Source: an uncultured Legionellales bacterium (lineage in GTDB: Bacteria > Pseudomonadota > Gammaproteobacteria > PIVX01). From it: a stretch of 62,817 bases of DNA. The DNA lies in the NCBI GenBank assembly GCA_964352915.1, contig CAYGTQ010000002.1:1-62817 (forward strand), read 5' to 3'. The notes beneath the pieces were generated by a model. That model had not been told where the DNA came from. It saw nothing but the letters and a program-made list of their open reading frames with translations, and made no database searches. Shown piece after piece: positions 48,701 through 57,949 of this stretch (its first letter is position 1; each line of letters opens with the position of its first letter). The translations under genes were made by a program, and so were the position numbers.

Positions 48701-49216
48701 GATAGTGCATGGTCAATTGGTCTTATTAGCCAAATAAGGCGCTCGTTTACAAAACGTAAGGATCCCATATACTTTTTAACTATTGAGAGTGATAAAAATC
48801 ACATTGAAGCAGTCTTATTCAGTGATTTGTTTGATAAAGCTCAAGATTACATTAAAAAAGAAAACATTATCCTTTTTAAAGCATCTGCAACCCAGGCTGG
48901 AAATGAAAAAGCACTACGGTACAGATTGCTGGATGCTATGGATTTGCAACATGCTCGGGAGCAATATGCGGAAGGTTTACAATTGAAAATCGATTTTGAT
49001 ATCTCAGAAGAGTGCTCAAATTCGATAAAGAAAATTTTGTGCCGCCACCCCAAAGGCAAATGTCCTGTTTTAATACAATATAATGATGCAGCTACGCAGT
49101 GCACTATTGCACTGGATCGTAAATGGGATGTTTTGCCAACAGAAGAGCTGTGTGCAGAGCTGTCTAGTATTTATGAAATTCAACCTCCGAAATATATCTA
49201 TCAAAAAATGAGTTAA
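45779..49216 (+). CDS. dnaE: DNA polymerase III subunit alpha
   Basis: 1145 aa. PHP domain [51 protein letters not shown]. Confidence 0.98.
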   Translation: [1145 protein letters not shown]

Positions 49217-49221
49217 TACAT

Positions 49222-51003
49222 ATGAAAAAATCTATATATATGGGTTTGCAATACATTTTGTTTATAATAATCTTGGTGTTATCTGGAAAGGTAGCTGCCA
49301 TTGATTTTGAAGAGATAAAGGTAATTTCCTACCTGCATGAACCTTTTCGTGCGTTGGTGAAATTCAAAGGAGTAGATAATACACAATTGAATAGTTTGGA
49401 GATCAAACAAGCTGATATAGAATATTATGAAAAAATTAATTTGGAAAGACCTTCACTTTTAGATGGTATTGTTTGTCAACTGGATAAAGAAAAAGGGACT
49501 ATATCACTGTCATCCCAGTCTGAAGTTATCTCAGAGCCATACTTTTCTATTCTGCTAGAGATTAGCACACAGACAGGAAGATTTTTCAAGCATTATGTAA
49601 TTTTATTAAACCCAAAAACATATAAAATCATAAGTCAACAAGCTAAGCCAAAGAAAATTTCGGGAATTCATGTTAGCAACAATACAAAACGTGTTTTTTC
49701 TGTAAAATATTCTCAAACCCTATGGAGTATTGCTAAAGAAGTAAAGCCTGCAAAAGAGTTAACGATTAAGCAAATGGTGATGGCTTTGTATAAGGCAAAC
49801 CCATCGGCTTTTAATAAAAATAACATTAACGGGTTAAAGGCAGGCTATCGTCTTCTTGTTCCTGCCAAAAATGACGTGCAACAAATTCCTTCTAAAATTG
49901 CTGACAGGCAAGTTCAAGAACATCATAAACAATGGCCTAAAATGCCTGAAAGTGAGTTCAGAAAGGTTGATGATGAAGGAAATTATCGCCAGCGCACCAT
50001 GACAGTTGTGTTAAAGCCAGGACCCATGAATGTTGTCTCGTCTTTACTACGTAGTATTAACCTAGCAAAACAACAACAAGATGACATGCATTATTCTCTT
50101 ACTCACAGCTCTAGAGTCAGTAATTTTGTGAAATTTAAAGAAGAAATTAAAGATAAACCTTTCAAATCGGTTTTATCTGAGATTACATTAGATGAATATA
50201 AACAGCACTATGCTTCTTCAGTTAATAACACATCTCAAAAATTGTCAGAACAGATTGTTCAGGCAACCGAAGAAGTGAAGCCCCTTAAGGCAATGAAACA
50301 TAACAACCCAACAGACCAATCTTTATTCAATCAAGAAGGTTTTATTAAATATACTGTAGCGAACATGAGTAATCGAATGAATGTTATGGTGCAAGATATT
50401 CCAAGTACATTCAAATCTCAACTGTCTTATACCACCTATCAATTTGTTCTTTTTTTAACTCTAATTACAGCGCTATTACTCTTTTCATTTATTTTTTATC
50501 AAAGGCGAGTAGATGCATCATTTTTTGGAGGCACTATGAAAAATGGCAGGGCAATAAGAAAATTTGATAAAATATTGGATCGGTTAGTGGAAGAAAAAAA
50601 TTATAGTAATGTATTGCTTCTTATAAACCATGAGTTAGCTCAAAGCAAGAAACACTCTAACTTTTCTAATGTTGTTTCTAAAGTTTGTCAACGATTTCAC
50701 TTGGAAGAAAGTGTTAGCAATGCTATCCAGGATTCTCTTCAAAGTAAATTTTCTAACCCATCCAAAATAGAATTAAATTGCAGCAATGGTTCTGATGAGG
50801 AAGCTTTAGAGAATATGGTTGCTCATGCTGAGGAAGCACCATCTGCACTTCTTAACTTGGCAACAACCTATTTTAATATGAAAGATTACATGGAATCAGA
50901 ACATTTTTTGAGGCAAGTTCTTGCAAAAGGAACTCAAGATCAAATTAATGATGCGAAATTACTGCTAGAAAAAATTAATTTAATACGCACACAAAATGGC
51001 TAG
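49222..51003 (+). CDS. fimV: FimV-like protein (LysM-type peptidoglycan-binding motif, TM helix, C-terminal TPR-like motif)
   Basis: 593 aa. Signal/anchor, YSQTLWSIAKEV...MVMALYKANPSAFNKNNINGLKAGYRLLVP (FimV LysM region), a central TM helix, and C-terminal LNLATTYFNMKDYMESEHFLRQVL. Conserved position upstream of truA. Confidence 0.75.
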   Translation: MKKSIYMGLQYILFIIILVLSGKVAAIDFEEIKVISYLHEPFRALVKFKGVDNTQLNSLEIKQADIEYYEKINLERPSLLDGIVCQLDKEKGTISLSSQSEVISEPYFSILLEISTQTGRFFKHYVILLNPKTYKIISQQAKPKKISGIHVSNNTKRVFSVKYSQTLWSIAKEVKPAKELTIKQMVMALYKANPSAFNKNNINGLKAGYRLLVPAKNDVQQIPSKIADRQVQEHHKQWPKMPESEFRKVDDEGNYRQRTMTVVLKPGPMNVVSSLLRSINLAKQQQDDMHYSLTHSSRVSNFVKFKEEIKDKPFKSVLSEITLDEYKQHYASSVNNTSQKLSEQIVQATEEVKPLKAMKHNNPTDQSLFNQEGFIKYTVANMSNRMNVMVQDIPSTFKSQLSYTTYQFVLFLTLITALLLFSFIFYQRRVDASFFGGTMKNGRAIRKFDKILDRLVEEKNYSNVLLLINHELAQSKKHSNFSNVVSKVCQRFHLEESVSNAIQDSLQSKFSNPSKIELNCSNGSDEEALENMVAHAEEAPSALLNLATTYFNMKDYMESEHFLRQVLAKGTQDQINDAKLLLEKINLIRTQNG

Positions 51004-51784
51004 CTTTATTGCGTTAGGCGTTAAATATTTAGGGACGCGATATCACGGCTGGCAAAAACAACCTTTGCATATTAGTGTACAAGGTTGCTTAGAGCATGCT
51101 TTGTCGACTGTAGCTGCTCATCCCGTAGAAGTGACCTGTGCTGGTCGTACCGATCGTGGTGTACATGCAACCAATCAAGTTGTTCATTTTGAAACGCGTG
51201 CCAATCGTGATATTAGAGCTTGGATTGAAGGGGTTAACAGGTATTTGCCCAATGATATTATAGTTTTTTGGGCAAAAGAAGTAGAACCTTCATTTCATGC
51301 TCGTTTTTCGGCAATATTTCGTGAGTATCGATACGTCATTTGTAATCAATCAGAGCCTATATTGCTGACAGAGCTATGTCATAGAGAACACCAACCACTG
51401 GACGTATCTTCAATGCATCAGGCCGCTCAATTGATACTTGGGGAGCACGATTTTACAAGTTTTCGCAGCTCACGTTGCCAATCAAATCATGCTGTTCGAT
51501 GCTTATTAGAGTGTGAAGTGAGCAAGCAAGGACATTTTATTAATATTGACGTGGTTGCAAATTCATTTCTGCATCATATGGTAAGATACTTGGTTGGCTC
51601 ATTATTGACCATAGGGACGGGGCAACGTTCTTATAAATGGTTAAAAGAGCTCCTTGATGCTAAAAAACGCACCCCTGAAATCATACGAGCCCCTGCAAAA
51701 GGTCTTTATTTAACCTTTGTGGGTTATCCAAAAACATTTATTTTGCCTATAGAGAGAATAAGACCACAATATTTGGTAGGATAG
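50996..51784 (+). CDS. truA: tRNA pseudouridine(38-40) synthase TruA
   Basis: 262 aa. YLGTRYHGWQKQ ... AGRTDRGVHATNQVVHF ... HHMVRYLVG. Confidence 0.95.
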   Translation: MASFIALGVKYLGTRYHGWQKQPLHISVQGCLEHALSTVAAHPVEVTCAGRTDRGVHATNQVVHFETRANRDIRAWIEGVNRYLPNDIIVFWAKEVEPSFHARFSAIFREYRYVICNQSEPILLTELCHREHQPLDVSSMHQAAQLILGEHDFTSFRSSRCQSNHAVRCLLECEVSKQGHFINIDVVANSFLHHMVRYLVGSLLTIGTGQRSYKWLKELLDAKKRTPEIIRAPAKGLYLTFVGYPKTFILPIERIRPQYLVG

Positions 51785-51807
51785 AAATTTATTTATAAGG
51801 ATTTTCC

Positions 51808-52698
51808 ATGAGCTGGTTAACTCGATTATTTTCTAAGCAAGCTAGAACTGGTACAACCCATAAGAAGCGCAATATCCCAGAAGGCCTATGGTCTACTTGC
51901 CAATCATGCAAGGCTGTGCGCTATCGGGTTGAACTCGAACGCAATTTATACGTATGCCCTAAGTGTGATTTTCACGAGCAAATTCCTGCCAGATCACGAT
52001 TAGAATGGTTTTTTGATGAAGATAGCTTTGAGCCTTTTGAGTGTGATGCAAAATGGGTTGATCACTTAAAATTTCGTGACTCACAGCGCTACAAAGATCG
52101 CATATCTGCTGCTCAAAAACGTACAGGTGAAGAAGAAGCTCTCGTTATTGGGCAAGGAAGCTTATACGGACGATGTGTTATAGCGGCTGCTTTTGAATTC
52201 AGCTTCATGGGAGGCTCTATGGGGCGAGTGGTCGGAGAACGTTTCGTAGAAGCTACCAAACAAGCGTTAGCTTTTCAAGCACCTATGATATGCTTTTCGG
52301 CTAGCGGGGGCGCTAGAATGCAAGAGGGGCTGTTATCACTTTTGCAGATGGCGAAAACAAGCGTTGGTGTTGCTCAATTGGCTGAAAGAAAAATTCCTTT
52401 TATCTCCGTTTTAACTCACCCTACAATGGGTGGCGTATCAGCCAGTTTGGCTATGTTAGGGGACGTTATTGTTGCTGAGCCTAAAGCATTGATTGGTTTT
52501 GCTGGTCCTCGAGTAATTGAGCAAACTGTGCGCCAAGTATTACCTGAAGGCTTTCAAAAAAGTGAATTTTTGCTAGAGCATGGTCATATTGATACCATCG
52601 TTGATAGGCGGCAAATGAGAGAAAAAATTTATAGTCTGTTAAAGAAGCTTTATCCAAGCGATAAACAAATGTGTTTAGAAAATATGGCTAAAAATTAA
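51808..52698 (+). CDS. accD: Acetyl-CoA carboxylase carboxyltransferase subunit beta
   Basis: 296 aa. N-terminal zinc ribbon CQSC...CPKC, then FSFMGGSMG ... [11 protein letters not shown]. Confidence 0.95.
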   Translation: MSWLTRLFSKQARTGTTHKKRNIPEGLWSTCQSCKAVRYRVELERNLYVCPKCDFHEQIPARSRLEWFFDEDSFEPFECDAKWVDHLKFRDSQRYKDRISAAQKRTGEEEALVIGQGSLYGRCVIAAAFEFSFMGGSMGRVVGERFVEATKQALAFQAPMICFSASGGARMQEGLLSLLQMAKTSVGVAQLAERKIPFISVLTHPTMGGVSASLAMLGDVIVAEPKALIGFAGPRVIEQTVRQVLPEGFQKSEFLLEHGHIDTIVDRRQMREKIYSLLKKLYPSDKQMCLENMAKN

Positions 52699-52726
52699 CT
52701 TTAATATTTTTTTACTGAATAGGCTA

Positions 52727-53971
52727 GTGAAAAATCCTGTAGAAGAAAAAATATACAGTACAAGTGTTTCAAACAAAACTGTTTATAGCTTGCTTGAAGT
52801 TAAATCTTTAGCTGAAAAACTTAGTCTGACAACACTTAAAGATAAAAAAGTTATTACAGTCGCAGGCACCAATGGTAAAGGTAGCACTGTTAAATTTCTG
52901 GAACGTTTCTTAAAAGCTCTTAATTATAAAGTAGGCACTTATACATCCCCGCATTTCTACGATATCTGTGAACGCATATGTATAGATGGTGCAAAAGTAA
53001 GTGAATCCGCCTTTGTTCAAGCTGTCAATTATATTAAAAAAAATCAAAAAAATATTCAGCTAACCTATTTTGAGCTAACAACATTGGCTGCGTTATACAT
53101 TTTTTCAGAGCTACCCTTGGATTATGTCATATTAGAGATTGGACTTGGTGGGAGGCTTGATGCGGTCAATGTGGTTGATAATGATTTGGCCATCATTACA
53201 AGCATTGGTTATGATCATATGGATTATCTGGGTGAAACACTTGATGAAATTGCCTTTGAAAAATCAGGAATTTTCCGCAAAAATAAAGCAGCTGTTGTAG
53301 CAGTCAGAAAGCAGTACAGCAGTATCAAGCAACAAGCCCAAAAAATTGGAGCCAAAACAATTCAACTGGGTAATGATTATGATTATACCACCGAGCACCG
53401 GCATTGGTGTTGGAGCAGCTCACGCAAAACGATTGATCGACTTTGCTTTCCCAAACTTCACCTGCATAATGCAGCCACAGCGCTTGCAGCAATTCAAGAG
53501 CTTAATCTTTTATCCAAATTTTCCACATATAAGGTCAATCAAATTTTATCAGATACAGATTTAATAGGGCGTTGTCATATGCTCCAAAAAAATAACGTAT
53601 TGCATATATTAGATGTAGCTCATAATGAAGATTCTGTAGAGGTGTTGTCAAAATTTTTAAAAAATAAACATATATCAGGAAAAATTTATGCAGTTTTCTC
53701 TATGTTATCAGATAAAAATTTACAGAAATGTTTAAGTCTTATGAAGCCATGTATAGATTATTGGCACATAGCTCCAATTAAAAACCCGCGCAGTTTTACC
53801 TTAGAGCAGTTAAACGATACTTTTTTAAATGTTGATATTGCATGTTGCAGACAACATCCTGACTTGAAAAGCGCATATCAAGCAGCTGTAATAAATGCAT
53901 CAGAAACTGATTGTATTTTAATTTTTGGATCATTTGGTGTTTTTTCTGAGTTGGATATTTTTATGCAGTGA
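52727..53971 (+). CDS. folC: Bifunctional folylpolyglutamate synthase/dihydrofolate synthase
   Basis: 414 aa. P-loop VAGTNGKGST, FELTTLAA, EIGLGGRLDAVN, and the DHMDYLG Mur-ligase motifs. Confidence 0.9.
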   Translation: MKNPVEEKIYSTSVSNKTVYSLLEVKSLAEKLSLTTLKDKKVITVAGTNGKGSTVKFLERFLKALNYKVGTYTSPHFYDICERICIDGAKVSESAFVQAVNYIKKNQKNIQLTYFELTTLAALYIFSELPLDYVILEIGLGGRLDAVNVVDNDLAIITSIGYDHMDYLGETLDEIAFEKSGIFRKNKAAVVAVRKQYSSIKQQAQKIGAKTIQLGNDYDYTTEHRHWCWSSSRKTIDRLCFPKLHLHNAATALAAIQELNLLSKFSTYKVNQILSDTDLIGRCHMLQKNNVLHILDVAHNEDSVEVLSKFLKNKHISGKIYAVFSMLSDKNLQKCLSLMKPCIDYWHIAPIKNPRSFTLEQLNDTFLNVDIACCRQHPDLKSAYQAAVINASETDCILIFGSFGVFSELDIFMQ

Positions 53972-54196
53972 ACTTGGCTAAATTTATATTCAATTATTGT
54001 CAAAAATTTTATATAAGTGAACATAGATTTCATTGATGGATTATATTTGTCTTCCTATTTTTATTTATTTTTCTTTGTTTAATGATTATCTATATGTGCG
54101 GTTTATGTATAACTAGTCGAATAACATGTCTTTCTGTTCCTTTAGCTAAATCGTCTATATTTAATTAACAAGCTATGTTGAAAGAATTACAAACTC

Positions 54197-55252
54197 ATGT
54201 CAGATAATTTTCAAAAGCAAGTTCGCTCAGAAGTAGAAAAATATTTGAAGGCACACTGCCTGTCGCCTTACGGTGGCTGGCGCGTTTATATTAAAACGGC
54301 TATAATTTTGTTTTGGTTGGCTACCTCTTATCAGTTGCTTGTTTTTGGAAATTTCGGGATTATTTTGTCTTTTACCTTAGCCGTAAATCTTGGGCTTTCT
54401 TTTGCATGTTTACATCTTAATCTATTGCACGAGTCGGCTCATTTTTCTTTTCATCCAGATAAAGAAACTAATAAATCTTTGAGTTGTATTGCTGATGCTT
54501 TAGGGATCAGTGCGTTTATTTGGTCTTTTAGGCACAATCACTTACACCATCCTAATACTAATATTATAGGTGTGGATACAGATCTCAATTTAAGTGTACT
54601 TGCTCGTTTTTCACCTTACCATCAGTGGTTGTCTCATTATCGATTGCAGCATATTTATCTGTGGGTATTATATGCATTTCAAACACTGAATATGATTGTG
54701 CAAAATATTTTTGAAATGATTTCTAAAAAGAAAGATGGGCATGATATCCCAAAGCCTTCCACCAAAGAGCTGTTCATATTTTGGCTAGGAAAAATTAATT
54801 TCATTATACTATTTTTCTTGACACCTCTATATGTGCATGGTTTAAAGAAAACTCTTGTTTTTTTCTGCATTTTTATAGCTGTATCTGGCTTAGCGGCATC
54901 TATAATTTTTGTTTTGGGGCACTTTGTGCAAGGCACGCAATTTTTTGACGAAGACACTGCTTTTGACAGTCAAAAATTTTTTGAGCAACAGCTAGCATCT
55001 ACAGCAGGATTTTGTCACAACAATCCATTTATTTCATGGTACTCAGGTGGGTTGAATTTCCAGATTGAACACCATTTATTTCCACGGATAAGTCATATTC
55101 ATTATCCTGCTATTGCACGCATCGTTAAGCGATTATGCAAGGAACATCATATTCAATATCATTATTTCCCAACACTTAGAGTGGCGCTTAAAAGCCATTA
55201 TTTATTTCTTAAGGATTTAGGAAAAAAACCACATGCCAATCAAGCACTATAA
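54197..55252 (+). CDS. Membrane fatty-acid desaturase, front-end (DesD/delta-6-like) type, without a cytochrome b5 domain
   Basis: 351 aa multi-TM protein. His boxes HESAH, HNHLHH and QIEHH. Gln in the third box is the front-end desaturase hallmark. Confidence 0.85.
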   Translation: MSDNFQKQVRSEVEKYLKAHCLSPYGGWRVYIKTAIILFWLATSYQLLVFGNFGIILSFTLAVNLGLSFACLHLNLLHESAHFSFHPDKETNKSLSCIADALGISAFIWSFRHNHLHHPNTNIIGVDTDLNLSVLARFSPYHQWLSHYRLQHIYLWVLYAFQTLNMIVQNIFEMISKKKDGHDIPKPSTKELFIFWLGKINFIILFFLTPLYVHGLKKTLVFFCIFIAVSGLAASIIFVLGHFVQGTQFFDEDTAFDSQKFFEQQLASTAGFCHNNPFISWYSGGLNFQIEHHLFPRISHIHYPAIARIVKRLCKEHHIQYHYFPTLRVALKSHYLFLKDLGKKPHANQAL

Positions 55253-55569
55253 GCGAATTAAAAATATGAAATCTTATTTTATATGATGAACTTTATAATT
55301 AAAGTGCGAGCTCATGAAAACCAGAAAGAAGTTAAATCAACATGATTAATAAGGCAATTACTTTTATATGTTTGTTAATACCAGTATGGCACTGGACGAT
55401 CTGCTTTAAGCAGAGCAGCTACAGTTTTTAATTCACAAGAATTGCAGTAGACTTATTTTAATTGATGCTTGAAAGATATGTAAGTAGGTAAGTTGTTTGA
55501 CTTGCAAAATTTTTTTATCTAAAAACAGAGAATATCATACCTTACTAAGCTTGCGACCGATTAAAAATT

Positions 55570-55839
55570 ATGATTAAGTACCCTCTGCTCATTACTGTTC
55601 TACAGTCTTTTGGCATTCAGTGGCTATTTTTAGTCAAAAAAATACATAAAGATGACAATGCTGGAACCAGCTCAAGCTCATATGAAATAGTTCTAACTAA
55701 GTACCGCCTTAAAGATCATGCTGCGATCGATGCATACATAGATAGGCCATTGATATTTCACACAATAATGATTGAGTTTATGTCAGAAATGCACCATTTT
55801 GTATTGTTAAAACAGCCTGCGAATTTCAAACATAAGTAA
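55570..55839 (+). CDS. Doubtful hypothetical ORF
   Basis: 89-aa ORF in a very AT-rich spacer. No SD, no family resemblance. Confidence 0.2.
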   Translation: MIKYPLLITVLQSFGIQWLFLVKKIHKDDNAGTSSSSYEIVLTKYRLKDHAAIDAYIDRPLIFHTIMIEFMSEMHHFVLLKQPANFKHK

Positions 55840-55981
55840 TATGAATGTACAATTAAAATTGATTAAATGTTAATCAAAAAACCACTCGATAAGCTCCTGA
55901 ATGGCCTTAAGTGGAATTTTGGTTTGCTTGCATTCCTGTGCTTGGTACAATGTGAATCATTATTACTGAGAGAGTGCACAA

Positions 55982-56479
55982 ATGGTGTGGTTTGATTACG
56001 CAATTTTAGCTGTATTGTTTTTTTCTATCTTTATCAGCGTGCTGCGTGGCTTTATCAAAGAAGCAATTTCACTAAGTGGCTGGGTCATAGGCCTATGGGC
56101 TGCAGCTGTCTTCTCTGAGCAGGTAGCTCAGCTTATAGCGCCATTTATAAGTGCTAAGCCTCTGCGTTTTGCCTGTGCCTCTTTATTGCTGTTCTTAGGC
56201 GTCTTAATTGTTTTTGCCTTAATTAATTTTATTGTGTCTAAATTAGTCAGCTCGTCTGGCTTAAAGGCCATCGATGTATTAGCAGGTATGATTTTTGGCT
56301 TGATTCGAGGTATTTTGGTCATTGTTGTGATTATTCTGGTTGCTAGAAGCACAGGCTACTTTAATTACTTAGGGTTAGATAGCTCAGTTATTGCTCCTTA
56401 TTTAACCTCAATGGTAGATTGGCTAGATTATTATTTTCTTCTGTACTTTGAGCCATCTGATAGCTTAACAATAACTTAG
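55982..56479 (+). CDS. cvpA: Colicin V production protein CvpA family membrane protein
   Basis: 165 aa. MVWFDYAILAVLFFSIFISVLRGFIKEAISL... with four TM helices. Usual neighbourhood downstream of folC. Confidence 0.85.
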   Translation: MVWFDYAILAVLFFSIFISVLRGFIKEAISLSGWVIGLWAAAVFSEQVAQLIAPFISAKPLRFACASLLLFLGVLIVFALINFIVSKLVSSSGLKAIDVLAGMIFGLIRGILVIVVIILVARSTGYFNYLGLDSSVIAPYLTSMVDWLDYYFLLYFEPSDSLTIT

Positions 56480-57097
56480 ATGCACATGTCACTAGCTGAT
56501 AATTTTCCATTATTGCAAGATGAGACGCCTCACGAGTGGCTTGATGCAGCACTTAGTAATATCCCAACTTTATTAGTCGACCACGCAAATTGCGAGCGCA
56601 AGGCGGCAGTTTTTGCTATATCAATGATGGATCGCTATTCAGATTATCCTGTGCTTAAGCAATTATCGCAATTAGCTCGTGAAGAATTGTGTCACTACGA
56701 GAAAGTGCTTAGGCTGCTTTGCAAGCGAAAGATCCCTATGCAACGATTATCTGCTTCACGCTATGCAAAATCACTACGCGGCCAAGTGGAACCACAAAGT
56801 AAATTGAATGTTGTAGAGCAATTAATTGTCTGTGCTTTTATTGAGGCTCGTTCATGTGAAAGGTTTGAAAAAATTGTACCTTTATTAATTAAAGGTGATG
56901 GTGAGCTTGCTGACTTTTATGCTCAGCTGGCTTTAGCAGAAAAACGCCATTATTTAATTTATATTGAAATGGCAACAGAGCTCATGAAAGAAGATATAAC
57001 GCCTTTAGTTTCAAAAATTTCGGCATTTGAGCACCACTTAATTTATAGTTTGGATGAAAAATTCCGATTCCATAGTGGAATTCCAAGCTTCCATTAA
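56480..57097 (+). CDS. miaE: tRNA-(ms2io6A37)-hydroxylase MiaE (ferritin-like diiron)
   Basis: HANCERKAA ... REELCHYEKV ... SASRYAK ... CAFIEARSCERF ... AEKRHY ... FRFHSGIP parallels Salmonella MiaE as remembered. Confidence 0.85.
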   Translation: MHMSLADNFPLLQDETPHEWLDAALSNIPTLLVDHANCERKAAVFAISMMDRYSDYPVLKQLSQLAREELCHYEKVLRLLCKRKIPMQRLSASRYAKSLRGQVEPQSKLNVVEQLIVCAFIEARSCERFEKIVPLLIKGDGELADFYAQLALAEKRHYLIYIEMATELMKEDITPLVSKISAFEHHLIYSLDEKFRFHSGIPSFH

Positions 57098-57804
57098 GAA
57101 AAAAAATACATTTTCCAATTTCCATGTTCGTGCGTTAACACATGCCCCTGGTGATGCCAATCGCTTAACACATATCTAGTTTTGTAATTTTCTTTATCAT
57201 CATGAAAATAGTGAATGGAAGGAAGGTGCGTATGACCATGAATAATGCAATCTGCTTGGTGATTCGAGACTAAATTACGCAAAGATGAATCGTTTGCGTC
57301 AATAAATTTATGATAATTTTTTTTATGGCTACGCTGTCGAATAGAGCTTGCAAATTTCTTGCGAAATTTAGTTGGGATTAGAAAAAATAGTTTTTGTATG
57401 CTTTTATTTCTTACAAATTTTCTATAGATTTGATAGCTGTGGTCATCGCTGCACAAGCTATCGCCATGTGTTAGTAGTATTGTATGTGAGTTAAGCACAA
57501 TGGTTGTTGGATCTGGTAATGGTATGCAGCTGGTATTCTTGTAAAATGCTTTTCCTAGAAGAAAATCCCGGTTGCCGTGCATGATATGGATTTTGGGACT
57601 GGGTTGATTAAAATTTGCCATTGCCTCTATAATATCTGGAAAAAGCTCCATGCTTAAGTCGTCACCAATCCAATAATCAAACAAATCACCTAGAATATAG
57701 AGTTTATCTATATGCGGATACGCCTTTAAAAGCCTTATAAAGCGTAGCTCATTGTCTTTATTATGGGCACTTAAGTGCAAATCAGATATAAAAATAGTGT
57801 TCAT
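57094..57804 (-). CDS. lpxH: UDP-2,3-diacylglucosamine diphosphatase LpxH
   Basis: 236 aa. Metallophosphoesterase motifs FISDLHLS, LGDLFDYWIGDD, GNRDFL, THGD, GHTH. Confidence 0.9.
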   Translation of the reverse strand: MNTIFISDLHLSAHNKDNELRFIRLLKAYPHIDKLYILGDLFDYWIGDDLSMELFPDIIEAMANFNQPSPKIHIMHGNRDFLLGKAFYKNTSCIPLPDPTTIVLNSHTILLTHGDSLCSDDHSYQIYRKFVRNKSIQKLFFLIPTKFRKKFASSIRQRSHKKNYHKFIDANDSSLRNLVSNHQADCIIHGHTHLPSIHYFHDDKENYKTRYVLSDWHHQGHVLTHEHGNWKMYFFS

Positions 57805-57949
57805 GTGCAGCGGTTACTCGATGATAAAGTGCTTGATTATACAGTTATTTTCTATATATAATGTTTTTTTTCTAATCATATCATTATATGCAATTATAAG
57901 ATGGTTGCCTAGCACGTCAGCACTTATTGCTAAGGAATTATGAAGAATT

